A DNA stretch of 32,000 bases from Pirellula sp. SH-Sr6A (GTDB lineage Bacteria; Planctomycetota; Planctomycetia; Pirellulales; Pirellulaceae). The notes under the pieces were generated by a model. It saw nothing but the letters and a program-made list of their open reading frames with translations, made no database searches and had not been told where the DNA came from. Of the stretch, positions 1 through 8,303 are shown piece by piece; within the stretch, counting starts at the first letter, position 1; each line of letters begins with the position of its first letter. The stretch spans positions 817,988 to 849,987 of the forward strand of contig NZ_CP011272.1 of NCBI RefSeq assembly GCF_001610875.1. Direction: 5' to 3'. Both the position numbers and the translations under genes were made by a program.

Positions 1-155
1 AAAGCGGATTGGCGTAGAAAAATGCGTTGGCATATTTCGATCGTTCCTAAAACGAAAATCAGCATGACCGGAAGCACGAGCGCGAGCTCCAGCGTCGCAA
101 CGCCGCTTCGGCGATATCGCTGGAATGTTTGGCGTTTCGTACGAAGGGGATGCAT
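1..155 (-). CDS. TadE/TadG-like (Flp-pilus assembly) protein, N-terminal 51 aa only; the gene runs off the left edge
   Basis: The reverse-strand frame is open from an ATG (complement of 153-155) to position 1. It is absent from the ORF track because it is edge-truncated. My translation is MHPLRTKRQTFQRYRRSGVATLELALVLPVMLIFVLGTIEICQRIFLRQSA. A basic stretch, then G-x3-LELALVLPV and a hydrophobic helix, is the classic TadE-like N-terminal signature. It lies 51 bp downstream of the DUF4114 gene on the same strand. Confidence 0.6.
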   Translation of the reverse strand, partial: MHPLRTKRQTFQRYRRSGVATLELALVLPVMLIFVLGTIEICQRIFLRQSA

Positions 156-206
156 AAGGAACGGTCGATTGGATACAGGGAGGCTAGTTGGCCTCGAACT
201 CGGAAC

Positions 207-992
207 CTAATTGGGCAACGTGGATGGGTCATCGGTGAGGGACACAACATTTTCGATCCCGATGTCAACGACGAATAAAGCATCGTTGTAGTCACGGTCT
301 CCACCTCCGAACAAGTCTTCGAAGCCAATGAGGATGTAGGGACTATTGGGGAGTGCAAAGGCAACGACGTGCTGAGTCCCGTCGCTATTTTTCTCAACGT
401 CATTCCAGTACCAAATGAAGTCGTTGGCTTTCCTCTTTTTCTCATTGGCCCAAAGGTTAAATGCATCTCCGATCAAGAAGAAATCTAATTGCCAACCGTT
501 GCCTCCTTTGCCAATCTCGACAAAGTCTCCCGCGCGAATGGGGGCGCTAACGGTCCTCTTCCCTGTACCCACCGAAGCGTTGGGATACATGACACGAGGC
601 GAACCGGGCGTCGGGCTTCCAGCTGGAGTGAACGCAAAGCCAACCGTATTCATGTACCCAGCTCCTTCGGCCAAGAAATATACGCGAATGGTTTCCTTGG
701 CCTGCATTCGCAGGAAGAGTTTCGAAGAGTCGAGTTTGAATCCCGAGGCATTTGTAAAGACGACGCTCTCCGAGAGATTGTCGTTGATGATCTTATTGAA
801 TACGGGCAAGTAGTTCTTATTGAAATCCGCGGAGCGCGCATCGGAGCCTGTAACTTGGACTTGCCCCGCAAGGGTTAGGTTGAGCGGCACCGGTGTCGCC
901 TGCGGGGAAGCAGGGGTCCCTCCCAAGCAAAGGGACGCACTGAGATGGACAAGAGTGAGACTCAGCGATGATTTTGCAAAAAACGATGCCAT
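207..992 (-). CDS. Secreted DUF4114-domain protein
   Basis: The ORF spans 207-1109. I prefer the internal ATG at 992 (MASFFAKSSLSLTLVHLSASLCLGG), which gives a signal peptide. The C-terminal motif ILIGFEDLFGGGDRDYNDALFVVD and the upstream VYFLAEGAGYMNTVGF match the DUF4114 pattern as I remember it. Confidence 0.7.
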   Translation of the reverse strand: MASFFAKSSLSLTLVHLSASLCLGGTPASPQATPVPLNLTLAGQVQVTGSDARSADFNKNYLPVFNKIINDNLSESVVFTNASGFKLDSSKLFLRMQAKETIRVYFLAEGAGYMNTVGFAFTPAGSPTPGSPRVMYPNASVGTGKRTVSAPIRAGDFVEIGKGGNGWQLDFFLIGDAFNLWANEKKRKANDFIWYWNDVEKNSDGTQHVVAFALPNSPYILIGFEDLFGGGDRDYNDALFVVDIGIENVVSLTDDPSTLPN

Positions 993-1310
993 AACCGTGT
1001 TTCCGAATGGGACCAATTGAGGGACTCCACTGAAACCTAGGTCAACTTCAGTTGTCGGCGACTGATAGAGGGCGGGAAACCGCATGAAATACAGCGAAAA
1101 ACGTTCCACGATCGTTATAAGCCGAAAAGTCGTTAAGAACGGCTCGACACCTCGGGAGCGGCTGCCCTCGGTACTCTTGTGGCCAAGGTCAGTACTATTC
1201 TGGCCAAAGATTGTTCAGCATTTGGCCGGGTCAGACGCAGTCATTATTCTGCTGAGGTGTTGGGGCGGAACAGGAATGGAAGAGGTCGGAAATTCGTTCG
1301 GGAGAAAGAT

Positions 1311-2342
1311 ATGTCACAACGGGAGAATCGGAGCCGAGGGTTTACGCTTGTCGAGCTTTTGGTGGTCATTGCCATTATTGGAATCTTGGTGGGATTGCTC
1401 CTCCCGGCAGTTCAAGCGGCTCGCGAGGCAGCACGGCGAATGCAATGCAGCAACAATCTAAAGCAAATTGCATTGGCCACCTTGAACTACGAGTCCACAA
1501 CGCAACGGATCCCCCCCAGTGCGTGCGTGAACCCTAAGGTAACCACGAACGCCTCGTGGAGTATCCATGGCCGCTTGTTCCCGTATTTGGAACAAAACAA
1601 TCTGGCAAACCAAATCGATTTGAGTACTTCGTGGAACCAGTTCCCCATTTTGAGTGGTTATCGTGTCCCCTCTTACGTTTGTCCGTCCGACCCCAAATCG
1701 AATACGCCTCGAGACACTGCAGCGACAGGCAGTTCTGTTTCGTTCCTGCTCTACCCCACCAACTACGCTTTTAACCTAGGGACATGGTTCGTCTACGATC
1801 CGGTAACCAATCGAGGGGGGGATGGTGCGACCCATCCCAACGCCAATTTTCGAGTATCTGCTATCTCGGACGGGATGAGCAATACGCTCTGGGCTGCGGA
1901 GGTGCATGCGTGGCAAGCCTATACGCGCAACGGAGGTCCTCCATCCACGCTCATGCCGCAAACGGTGGAAGAGGCTGCGATCATCGCTGACACGGGGTTG
2001 AAAGATCGCATCTTTCCAGATCGAACTGGAACGGGGCGATGCGAATGGACGAACGGCCATGCCCACCATTCAGGCTTCACGGTTACGTTCGGGCCCAACA
2101 CACGCGTCCCCTACACATACAACGGCGTCCTTTACAATATCGATTACAACTCGCGTCAGGAAGGCAATAGCACGACTTTGCCCTCCTATGCGATTCTCAC
2201 GTCTCGCAGTTTTCACACTGGGTTGGTGCAAGCAGCGCGTCTAGACGGTTCGGTGCAGTCCTTCAGTAGCAGCACGGAACGCTTGGTTTGGCGAGCGCTC
2301 GGCACGCGAGCTGGCGGAGAATCTATTCAGCTTGATCAATAA
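1311..2342 (+). CDS. DUF1559 protein with a prepilin-type N-terminal cleavage/methylation domain (type II pseudopilin-like, planctomycete-expanded family)
   Basis: The ORF spans 1179-2342. The ATG at 1311 is preceded by GGGAGAAAG. The N-terminus [56 protein letters not shown] is the canonical G|FTLVELLVV prepilin motif plus the DUF1559 head. Confidence 0.9.
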   Translation: MSQRENRSRGFTLVELLVVIAIIGILVGLLLPAVQAAREAARRMQCSNNLKQIALATLNYESTTQRIPPSACVNPKVTTNASWSIHGRLFPYLEQNNLANQIDLSTSWNQFPILSGYRVPSYVCPSDPKSNTPRDTAATGSSVSFLLYPTNYAFNLGTWFVYDPVTNRGGDGATHPNANFRVSAISDGMSNTLWAAEVHAWQAYTRNGGPPSTLMPQTVEEAAIIADTGLKDRIFPDRTGTGRCEWTNGHAHHSGFTVTFGPNTRVPYTYNGVLYNIDYNSRQEGNSTTLPSYAILTSRSFHTGLVQAARLDGSVQSFSSSTERLVWRALGTRAGGESIQLDQ

Positions 2343-2351
2343 AATCGTCCG

Positions 2352-3245
2352 TCAGTCTTCAACCCACCCTTTACCTGCAAAGCTCACTTTTTCCTCCGAG
2401 CGATTACCCAGGTGCAGCGATGCGTTCATCGCCTCCTCGATCCAATGGAGATGTTTCGCACGGGTGAGTTTTGTTAGGCCTGACTCAGCGTTGGGGTCTT
2501 CCAACGGAGCGTCGAGTGCAAGCATCGGTTCGGGGGCGGGCAAATTACCGTTTGGTCGATGTACAGGAAAACCGACGGTGACGCAGACTTTCGCGGGAAG
2601 AAACAGGGCGCTGTAGACTTCGGGACCAATCGGTGCACCTTCGATCCAAATGGGGATCAAGGGAACGTCGCTTTTGGCAGCGACCAAGGCTGCACCGGGT
2701 CGGATCGTAAGCAAAGGAGAAGCAGTTCGATTGATACGTCCCTCAGGGAACATTCCGACAAATCCCCCTTGCGACGCATAGCGGATGGCCAGCTTCGTGG
2801 CACCGTTGTCGGCGCCGCCTCGCCGCGTCGGGATCGCTTGATACGATTTCAACAACGGTCCAAAGAGCGGGTGCGGGAAATATTCTGCTGCCACCATCCA
2901 GTGGACTCGTGCACCAGCCGCCAACTGGATGAAAAAAGGATCCACAGACGAACGATGATTCGCGATGAGTACTGCGCCTCCGCGGACTCGCTCTCGCAAT
3001 ACGTCTCGGAATGATGCGTTCGTCGGATGGGAGGAAATATCTTTCCAACGTGGATCCCAGCGAATCTCCACTCTCCAAAGCAGTCTCGCCAGCGTGTAGG
3101 CGGGCGCGTAGAGGCACCTTTCCCAAGGGTTGTATGGCCCTGGAGAAACGAGCTTTCTTCTCGTCATCCAAAGCAGAGTGGCGGCCAGGCCACCAAGCCA
3201 AAGCAAGGATACCCACCAGGAACCAAATGGACCTATCGTTTGCAT
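2352..3245 (-). CDS. Lysophospholipid / 1-acyl-sn-glycerol-3-phosphate acyltransferase family (PlsC-like)
   Basis: It has an N-terminal TM helix, the acyltransferase block I NHRSSVDP (HX4D) and block III FPEGRI. The length is 297 aa. Confidence 0.8.
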   Translation of the reverse strand: MQTIGPFGSWWVSLLWLGGLAATLLWMTRRKLVSPGPYNPWERCLYAPAYTLARLLWRVEIRWDPRWKDISSHPTNASFRDVLRERVRGGAVLIANHRSSVDPFFIQLAAGARVHWMVAAEYFPHPLFGPLLKSYQAIPTRRGGADNGATKLAIRYASQGGFVGMFPEGRINRTASPLLTIRPGAALVAAKSDVPLIPIWIEGAPIGPEVYSALFLPAKVCVTVGFPVHRPNGNLPAPEPMLALDAPLEDPNAESGLTKLTRAKHLHWIEEAMNASLHLGNRSEEKVSFAGKGWVED

Positions 3246-3416
3246 GCGTTATAACCGTCTCAATCCTTGCGAATACTAAAATCGAGTTTATCGAATCCGG
3301 CGGGGCATCGATGGCCGGATTCTGAAATTGCCACTCGGCCAACTACGGGATTGCGTTCTAGGCTTACAGTGATTTCTTGGTCTTACCATTTGGTCCCGTC
3401 GAAGGTGTCGAACTTC

Positions 3417-3710
3417 ATGTCCAGGACTCCGATCATCAGCACACCACTCGCCTCTTCATCACCCTCCAGCGACGAATCGCTTCCAACACTGCCTTTCCCG
3501 GACCGGAGAAAACGAGCCTCCACCGATGCCACATCAGGTCCTCCCGGTGTTGAGAGAAGGCAGTTTGGCAACACGTACAATCATCTCTCCATGGACGGAC
3601 GCGAACTGGCAGAAGCGATCGATCGCTACAAAATACAGCATCGTCGGCGATATGTTACCACGGATGAATTACTTTCCGTCCTAAAAGGTCTTGGGTATAC
3701 ACGAGGTTAA
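3417..3710 (+). CDS. Small hypothetical protein (97 aa) with a Ser/Pro-rich N-terminus and a basic helical C-terminus
   Basis: This is the ATG at 3417 within ORF 3267-3710. There is no motif I can name. The C-terminal sequence ELAEAIDRYKIQHRRRYVTTDELLSVLKGLGY looks like a folded helical module. The coding call rests only on ORF length and position. Confidence 0.45.
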   Translation: MSRTPIISTPLASSSPSSDESLPTLPFPDRRKRASTDATSGPPGVERRQFGNTYNHLSMDGRELAEAIDRYKIQHRRRYVTTDELLSVLKGLGYTRG

Positions 3711-3725
3711 ACCCTCTCCCCTTTT

Positions 3726-4019
3726 TCAATCGGCCGAAAGGGTCGAAGGGCCTTTTCCGACCGTCTTTTCGTACGACCCATCTCCGGTTTTCACGTACTT
3801 CGTGAATCCCAAGCGCTTTAGATTGTCGTCGTTGGTCGATTTACCCATCGCCGAATCCGACCACATCCCACCTATGGACGGAGCGCTCAGTACTCGTCGT
3901 ACCGGTTCGCCTGAGTCTGGGTGTACTTGGAGCGGTTCGTCACTCATACGTTGAATCACTTCGAACGTCTCTGGAGGGTCGACTCCTTCTCGAACAATCT
4001 CGTATACGTAAATCGGCAT
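3726..4019 (-). CDS. FmdB/CxxC_CxxC_SSSS-family-like small protein lacking all four zinc-ribbon cysteines
   Basis: MPIYVYEIVREG...ETFEVIQRMSDEPLQVHPDSGEPVRRVLSAP parallels the FmdB consensus MPIYEYxCxxCG..FEvlqkmsD.pl..CPxCG...kr.isap. It contains no Cys at all. It lies 14 bp downstream of the coiled-coil gene on the same strand. Confidence 0.65.
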   Translation of the reverse strand: MPIYVYEIVREGVDPPETFEVIQRMSDEPLQVHPDSGEPVRRVLSAPSIGGMWSDSAMGKSTNDDNLKRLGFTKYVKTGDGSYEKTVGKGPSTLSAD

Positions 4020-4033
4020 CGCGGTTCCAAATC

Positions 4034-5878
4034 TTAGTTTTGACTGGCTTTGATGAGGATATCTCGAGTCACTTCGTAGACTTTTTGCTGACGTCCAGCC
4101 AGATCCTCTAGTTCTGATTTTAGGTCAGGACTTTGCACTTGGCCAATGGCGTCCTCCGCTTGGTCCAACTGCTTAGCGACCGATTGGGTACGCCGGTTGA
4201 TTCGAAGCTGCAGCGTCTTCAGAAGCCGCAGTTCCGCCAAGCTATCGACCAAAGGTTGCTCCTTGGGATCTTGTTGCTGTCCCTGTTGCATCCCCTGCAT
4301 CTTCTTCTCATTTTCCTCTCGGTTCTTTTGAACCTGTTTGAGCGACTCGAGAAGCTCCTCGAGCCCGGCAATCACCTCGTCCTCGAGAGTTTGAGTGGAT
4401 TCGGAGACATTCCCGCTGACCAATCGTTTGGAGACCTGCTGGCAGTCCTTGACGATCTGTTCCATAGCTTCTGGGAATGCAGTGCTCGAACCTTCGTCTT
4501 GCAATAGGAGCAGTGCTCGCTGCCCCTCCATCACTATTTTTCCTTGCTCAATCGAAAGTTTGTTGGACTGGATTTCCAAACTCCGATCCTTCGCATCCCC
4601 GGTCAGTTCGAATAGCTTTTGGGTCTCACTGCGAACGACTTTTTGCATCTCATTCATCTTGCGAAGACGCGTTTCCAGATCGACCAAAGAACGTTCGATC
4701 TCTTCTTCGCGCAATTGCCGCAGAATTTTCTCGAGCTCCTCCACCGCATCACGCAATTCCTTCTCGGCTGCTTGTTGCTCTTCGACCGCATCCTTTCGAT
4801 TGTTCTCATCGAGCTTTTGCTGAGCTTGCTGCATCTTCTCCCTAGCTCGTTGGACCCGATTTCTGGCCCTTTCCTCTTTGGACTCTGGTTTGCTCGATTC
4901 GCTATTCTCGGGCGAAGAAGAGGAATCCGAGGAGGATGGATCGGATGGGTCTTTCGGCTCAGACGTGTCCGATGGCTTCTGCGTGTCCGATGGCTTCTGC
5001 GTGTCCGATGGTTTCTGGGTGTCCGATGGTTTCTGTGTATCCGACGGCTTCTGTGTATCCGACGGCTTCTGTGTATCCGACGGCTTCTGTGTATCCGACG
5101 GCTTCTGTGTATCCGACGGCTTCTGGGGGTCGGTGTTCTTTGGGGACTCTGCTGCTTGGCCGGAATCGGGGGACTTCCCAGAGTCCTTGGGCTCATTCGA
5201 TGGCGTGGAGTCCTTCGGTACCGCTTGGTTTTCTTTGTTTTCTGATTTGGGATCTTGCAGACTGGATTCGATCGCCTCAACTTGTTGGTTGAGGTCCTTT
5301 TGATCGTTGCTTGCCTGCTTCAGGTCTTGCCCGGCCTCGGTACGCCCTCGCAATGCGCGTTGGATGCTTTCAATGCGTCGCAAGTCGTTGAGAATTTCTT
5401 CGAGCTTGGCTCTTTCATCTCGTATGCGCGAAGCCCGGTTCTCGCTCTGCAGCAGTTCCAGCAATTTCTTAAGGGTGTCGTGAGCGGACTCCTGTTCTTG
5501 GATCGCTTTCGACAACTGCCCTTTTGCGATTAATTCTGCAGCAGAGTAGAGTCTTTGGCGGGTTCCAAGCTGTTTGCTAAGCTGTGCAGCTTGCATCAAT
5601 AGGCCTGCATGGGTTGGGTTCGAAACCGCTTCCAACTCACTCATGCGCAAGAACAGCTCTTCCAGCTTCTGAAATCGTTGAACCAGTTGCTTTTGTTTAG
5701 TCTCGAGCCCCTCCGCCTCGGTCCTCTCTTGGCCAGGAGCTTGTGCCTGCACAGAGCCAGCCCCAGGGAGCAAACCTAACATCGCGACCCAAACCAGGAC
5801 CAGTGCGATCGAGGCGACAAAGCGTGTACGACGCGATCGGGGTTGGTATGGCAATTTGGAAAAGTCGTCTGGGATCAT
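4034..5878 (-). CDS. N-terminally anchored or secreted coiled-coil protein with a KPSDTQ tandem-repeat linker
   Basis: The 614 aa ORF has a basic N-terminus followed by the hydrophobic helix FVASIALVLVWVAMLGLLPGAG. Long heptad-like E/K/Q/L-rich stretches flank an acidic S/P/D/K low-complexity core. There is a Gln-rich patch (MQGMQQGQQQD). The start ATG overlaps the upstream stop (ATGA at 5875-5878). Confidence 0.8.
   Translation of the reverse strand: MIPDDFSKLPYQPRSRRTRFVASIALVLVWVAMLGLLPGAGSVQAQAPGQERTEAEGLETKQKQLVQRFQKLEELFLRMSELEAVSNPTHAGLLMQAAQLSKQLGTRQRLYSAAELIAKGQLSKAIQEQESAHDTLKKLLELLQSENRASRIRDERAKLEEILNDLRRIESIQRALRGRTEAGQDLKQASNDQKDLNQQVEAIESSLQDPKSENKENQAVPKDSTPSNEPKDSGKSPDSGQAAESPKNTDPQKPSDTQKPSDTQKPSDTQKPSDTQKPSDTQKPSDTQKPSDTQKPSDTQKPSDTSEPKDPSDPSSSDSSSSPENSESSKPESKEERARNRVQRAREKMQQAQQKLDENNRKDAVEEQQAAEKELRDAVEELEKILRQLREEEIERSLVDLETRLRKMNEMQKVVRSETQKLFELTGDAKDRSLEIQSNKLSIEQGKIVMEGQRALLLLQDEGSSTAFPEAMEQIVKDCQQVSKRLVSGNVSESTQTLEDEVIAGLEELLESLKQVQKNREENEKKMQGMQQGQQQDPKEQPLVDSLAELRLLKTLQLRINRRTQSVAKQLDQAEDAIGQVQSPDLKSELEDLAGRQQKVYEVTRDILIKASQN
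4965..5126 (-). repeat. Nine tandem 18-bp coding repeats encoding (Q)KPSDT
   Basis: I counted the units directly: 4965, 4983, 5001, 5019, 5037, 5055, 5073, 5091 and 5109. Four units are of the type gtgtccgatgg[c/t]ttctg[c/g/t]. Five are of the type gtatccgacggcttctg[t/g]. The differences are synonymous, so the peptide repeat is perfect. Confidence 0.95.
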
Positions 5879-8277
5879 TTCAACAACTCCAACGCCTTGC
5901 GGTCTTGGTTCTTTTTGTGGGTTTTGGTCTCATTCATCAATTGATCGCTGCTCTGAATGATGTCTCGCAGCATATCGATGATGGCCGTTTGGTCTTGGAT
6001 CTCCAGCATATCTGCCAAGACAGCTTGAAGACGTGACAGGATCTCATCGTTCTTTTTCAAAGCATCGACCACTTGCGAGGGTGGAGGAGTCGGAGGTTCG
6101 GTCGCCTTCGAGAATGTCTTTTCCAGCTCGGCGACATCGCTCGAGAATTCTTTCCAGACGCCATCGAGCATTTGTCTCAAGGGAGCTTGGATCTTTTCTT
6201 GCCAGCGCGTTCGCCGGTCGACGCTATCGATTCGGTTATTGACCAGCTCTTTACTGATTTGTCCAATCTCCTTTTCGACGCCGTTCAATTCTCCCTCCGA
6301 CTTGGAAATCTGGGACATCGCCTGTTGAGATCGCAGCAACTGAATTCTCAAGATTCGGGTTGCATCCATTTCCTCCTCAGTACCCTCCGCATCGGAGCTG
6401 GATGCGGGCTCGCTTCGCTTTTGGATATTCACCAGCAGGTCTCGCAATTGCGTGAGTTCACCGATAATCTGCTCAATCCGCTTACGCATCGCCGCTTCAC
6501 GGCGATCGAGCAAGAGTAGCAATTGATCCGATGTCACAACAGAAAGTTGCACCGTATTCGCTTTCCCAAGATGGGGTTCGCTCACCAAATCGTAATAGTC
6601 CGACGCGACGAGGGTAAGCGCCAACGATCCGCCGGCTTGGATTGGAAGTTTCCCTGCATCTTTGAGTTCTTTGATATCGATCACTTTGGCGAGACTTCCA
6701 TCCACGACGTTTGCAATATCCTCACGAAGCGGGACGCCTTCCCCATACAATGCCTCGATCCAAACCTCTCGAACGTCGTATTCGTCCTTCACTTTGCCTT
6801 GAACAGGTATGGTCGCCACTTCTGTGATCGCCGTTCCGATACCATCGAGCACCATATCGACTTGCGGAGGCTGATCGATAATGGATGAAATTACAAATTG
6901 TTGCACCCGACTGGAGCAGATGCCATCTTTGTCCCAGACGCGAAATTCAGCGAGGATACTGCTGTCGAGCGGGCCAAGGGGAATGGCCCAACTTTCCGAA
7001 GGAGCCTCGTTCTCAAAGGTTTGCTCTTGCAAGTTGCCGTTAGTGGGTTCGGTGGATTTGACGAAGACATAATCACATCGCTCGATCGGCTTGTTGGACG
7101 TCAAAATCAATTCCAACACGGAGCCTTGAGGGAGCCGCAAGCCGGTTTGGTAGGGTAAAGTTTCTTCGCCCCATCGGGTCTGGGTCGATCGCTGAAGGTA
7201 GGGAGGGTATTTTACGCGAACCTCTGCCTTGGTAATCAATGGCCCGTCGACCGCTTGAAGCCGCAAGTCCGCTAGACGTGCATCGCCGCCGACGATACTC
7301 AACGTCAGGGATTGATTGATCGATTCGAGGGGCGGACCGTCGAGGAGGAAGTCTTGTTGTGAGTTTCCCGTCGCGAGGCGCCGCATGTTGGCTCGGCCGC
7401 GATTTCCTTCTTCGTCTCGATAATAAACGGTGCAAAGCTCGGGGACTCGCTTCGCGTCGAGCGATGCGAAGCTCTTCAGGACACCCGATTGGCCTTTGGG
7501 GATCGCGACGCTGTTGTCGACGAAAGGGAGCATATAGCGCCCCCGCGCTCCGCCGCCGGTAAAGCTGGGGACCTCGAACTCGATTCCTGTCACTCCCAAA
7601 ACGACGCTTCGCGGCCAAGGAGCGTTCGAGAGGGCGAACCACCGCTTGCTCCAATGGGCTGTCCATTGGGGGTAGAGCAAACCCAGGGTCAATGAGACAG
7701 CAAGGACCGATCCGAGAGCGATCATCTGCCATTGAAGCGGTCGTGTGCGGACCAAGTTTGCGATTTCGACCGTGGAAATTTGCTCCAAGGCGCGTTGTCG
7801 CGCTAAAGCTAAAAATCCGATCCGATGGGGGTGCTCCTCTCGATCGTCGGTTCGGATCGATGCCAACTCGCCGCGGGCGGGTCTGGTTGCTTGGACGGTT
7901 GTGATCAAGGCGCTTTGGAAATCGGGGTAACGTCTCTCGATCAACAGTGCGATCGCATCGTCGGACCACCTCACCAGCCAGCGCCGCCAAATTTGCTGGT
8001 ATGCGATATAGATCGATCCCAATACCAAGAGGACCAACATTCCAACGCGTACCCATCGCGGAGACTCCGCGGCTCCCAGCATGGCTGGCAAATAGTCGAC
8101 GAATCCAAAAATCCAGAACGCGGTGAAACCCCAGATCAGCCACTGGACCACGGCTTGCGAAAACACGAATCGCCCAAGTAGGCCACGGACCGCTTGCAAG
8201 GTTTCGCGGATCGGAACCGGTAACGAAGCGAGGTCGGAATCGTACGATGGACGGAGAACTTTAGGTGCGGTAGACAT
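5875..8277 (-). CDS. Large membrane protein: three N-terminal TM helices, a beta-rich middle region and a C-terminal coiled coil (possibly DUF4175/TIGR02302-like)
   Basis: The 800 aa ORF has hydrophobic helices at about aa 37-60, 76-94 and 183-202. The C-terminal ~200 aa are heptad-like (LLLLLDRREAAMRKRIEQIIGELTQLRDLL...). The gap to the upstream gene is 26 bp and there is a 4-bp overlap with the downstream gene. The family assignment is from memory of the family description only. Confidence 0.75.
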   Translation of the reverse strand: MSTAPKVLRPSYDSDLASLPVPIRETLQAVRGLLGRFVFSQAVVQWLIWGFTAFWIFGFVDYLPAMLGAAESPRWVRVGMLVLLVLGSIYIAYQQIWRRWLVRWSDDAIALLIERRYPDFQSALITTVQATRPARGELASIRTDDREEHPHRIGFLALARQRALEQISTVEIANLVRTRPLQWQMIALGSVLAVSLTLGLLYPQWTAHWSKRWFALSNAPWPRSVVLGVTGIEFEVPSFTGGGARGRYMLPFVDNSVAIPKGQSGVLKSFASLDAKRVPELCTVYYRDEEGNRGRANMRRLATGNSQQDFLLDGPPLESINQSLTLSIVGGDARLADLRLQAVDGPLITKAEVRVKYPPYLQRSTQTRWGEETLPYQTGLRLPQGSVLELILTSNKPIERCDYVFVKSTEPTNGNLQEQTFENEAPSESWAIPLGPLDSSILAEFRVWDKDGICSSRVQQFVISSIIDQPPQVDMVLDGIGTAITEVATIPVQGKVKDEYDVREVWIEALYGEGVPLREDIANVVDGSLAKVIDIKELKDAGKLPIQAGGSLALTLVASDYYDLVSEPHLGKANTVQLSVVTSDQLLLLLDRREAAMRKRIEQIIGELTQLRDLLVNIQKRSEPASSSDAEGTEEEMDATRILRIQLLRSQQAMSQISKSEGELNGVEKEIGQISKELVNNRIDSVDRRTRWQEKIQAPLRQMLDGVWKEFSSDVAELEKTFSKATEPPTPPPSQVVDALKKNDEILSRLQAVLADMLEIQDQTAIIDMLRDIIQSSDQLMNETKTHKKNQDRKALELLK

Positions 8278-8303
8278 ATCGATTATGGTAACCGATTCGA
8301 CCG

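Noticed and set aside
22-210. A 62 aa plus-strand ORF at the left edge, in a frame that is actually open from position 1
   Set aside because: It is antisense to the TadE-like reading frame, which has a clear family signature. Its own translation is Arg/Ser-rich with no motif.
4965-5126. Possible CRISPR array, given the regular short repeats
   Set aside because: The units are directly abutting 18-mers with no spacers. They lie in frame within a CDS, and there are no cas genes.
4619-5303. Alternative-frame ORFs across the 18-bp repeats giving RSRRIH, LLCIRR or CVSDGF peptide repeats
   Set aside because: These are frame artefacts of the same tandem repeat. Only the KPSDTQ frame continues into a long, coherent coiled-coil protein with an N-terminal anchor and operon context.
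7073-8143. A 356 aa minus-strand ORF in a second frame inside the 800 aa gene. Similar long shadow ORFs occur at 13038-13748, 15669-16484, 24776-25489 and 11410-11922.
   Set aside because: They overlap much better-supported genes with clear family motifs. Their translations are Arg/Pro/Ser/Gly-rich low-information sequence, typical of off-frame or antisense ORFs in GC-rich DNA.
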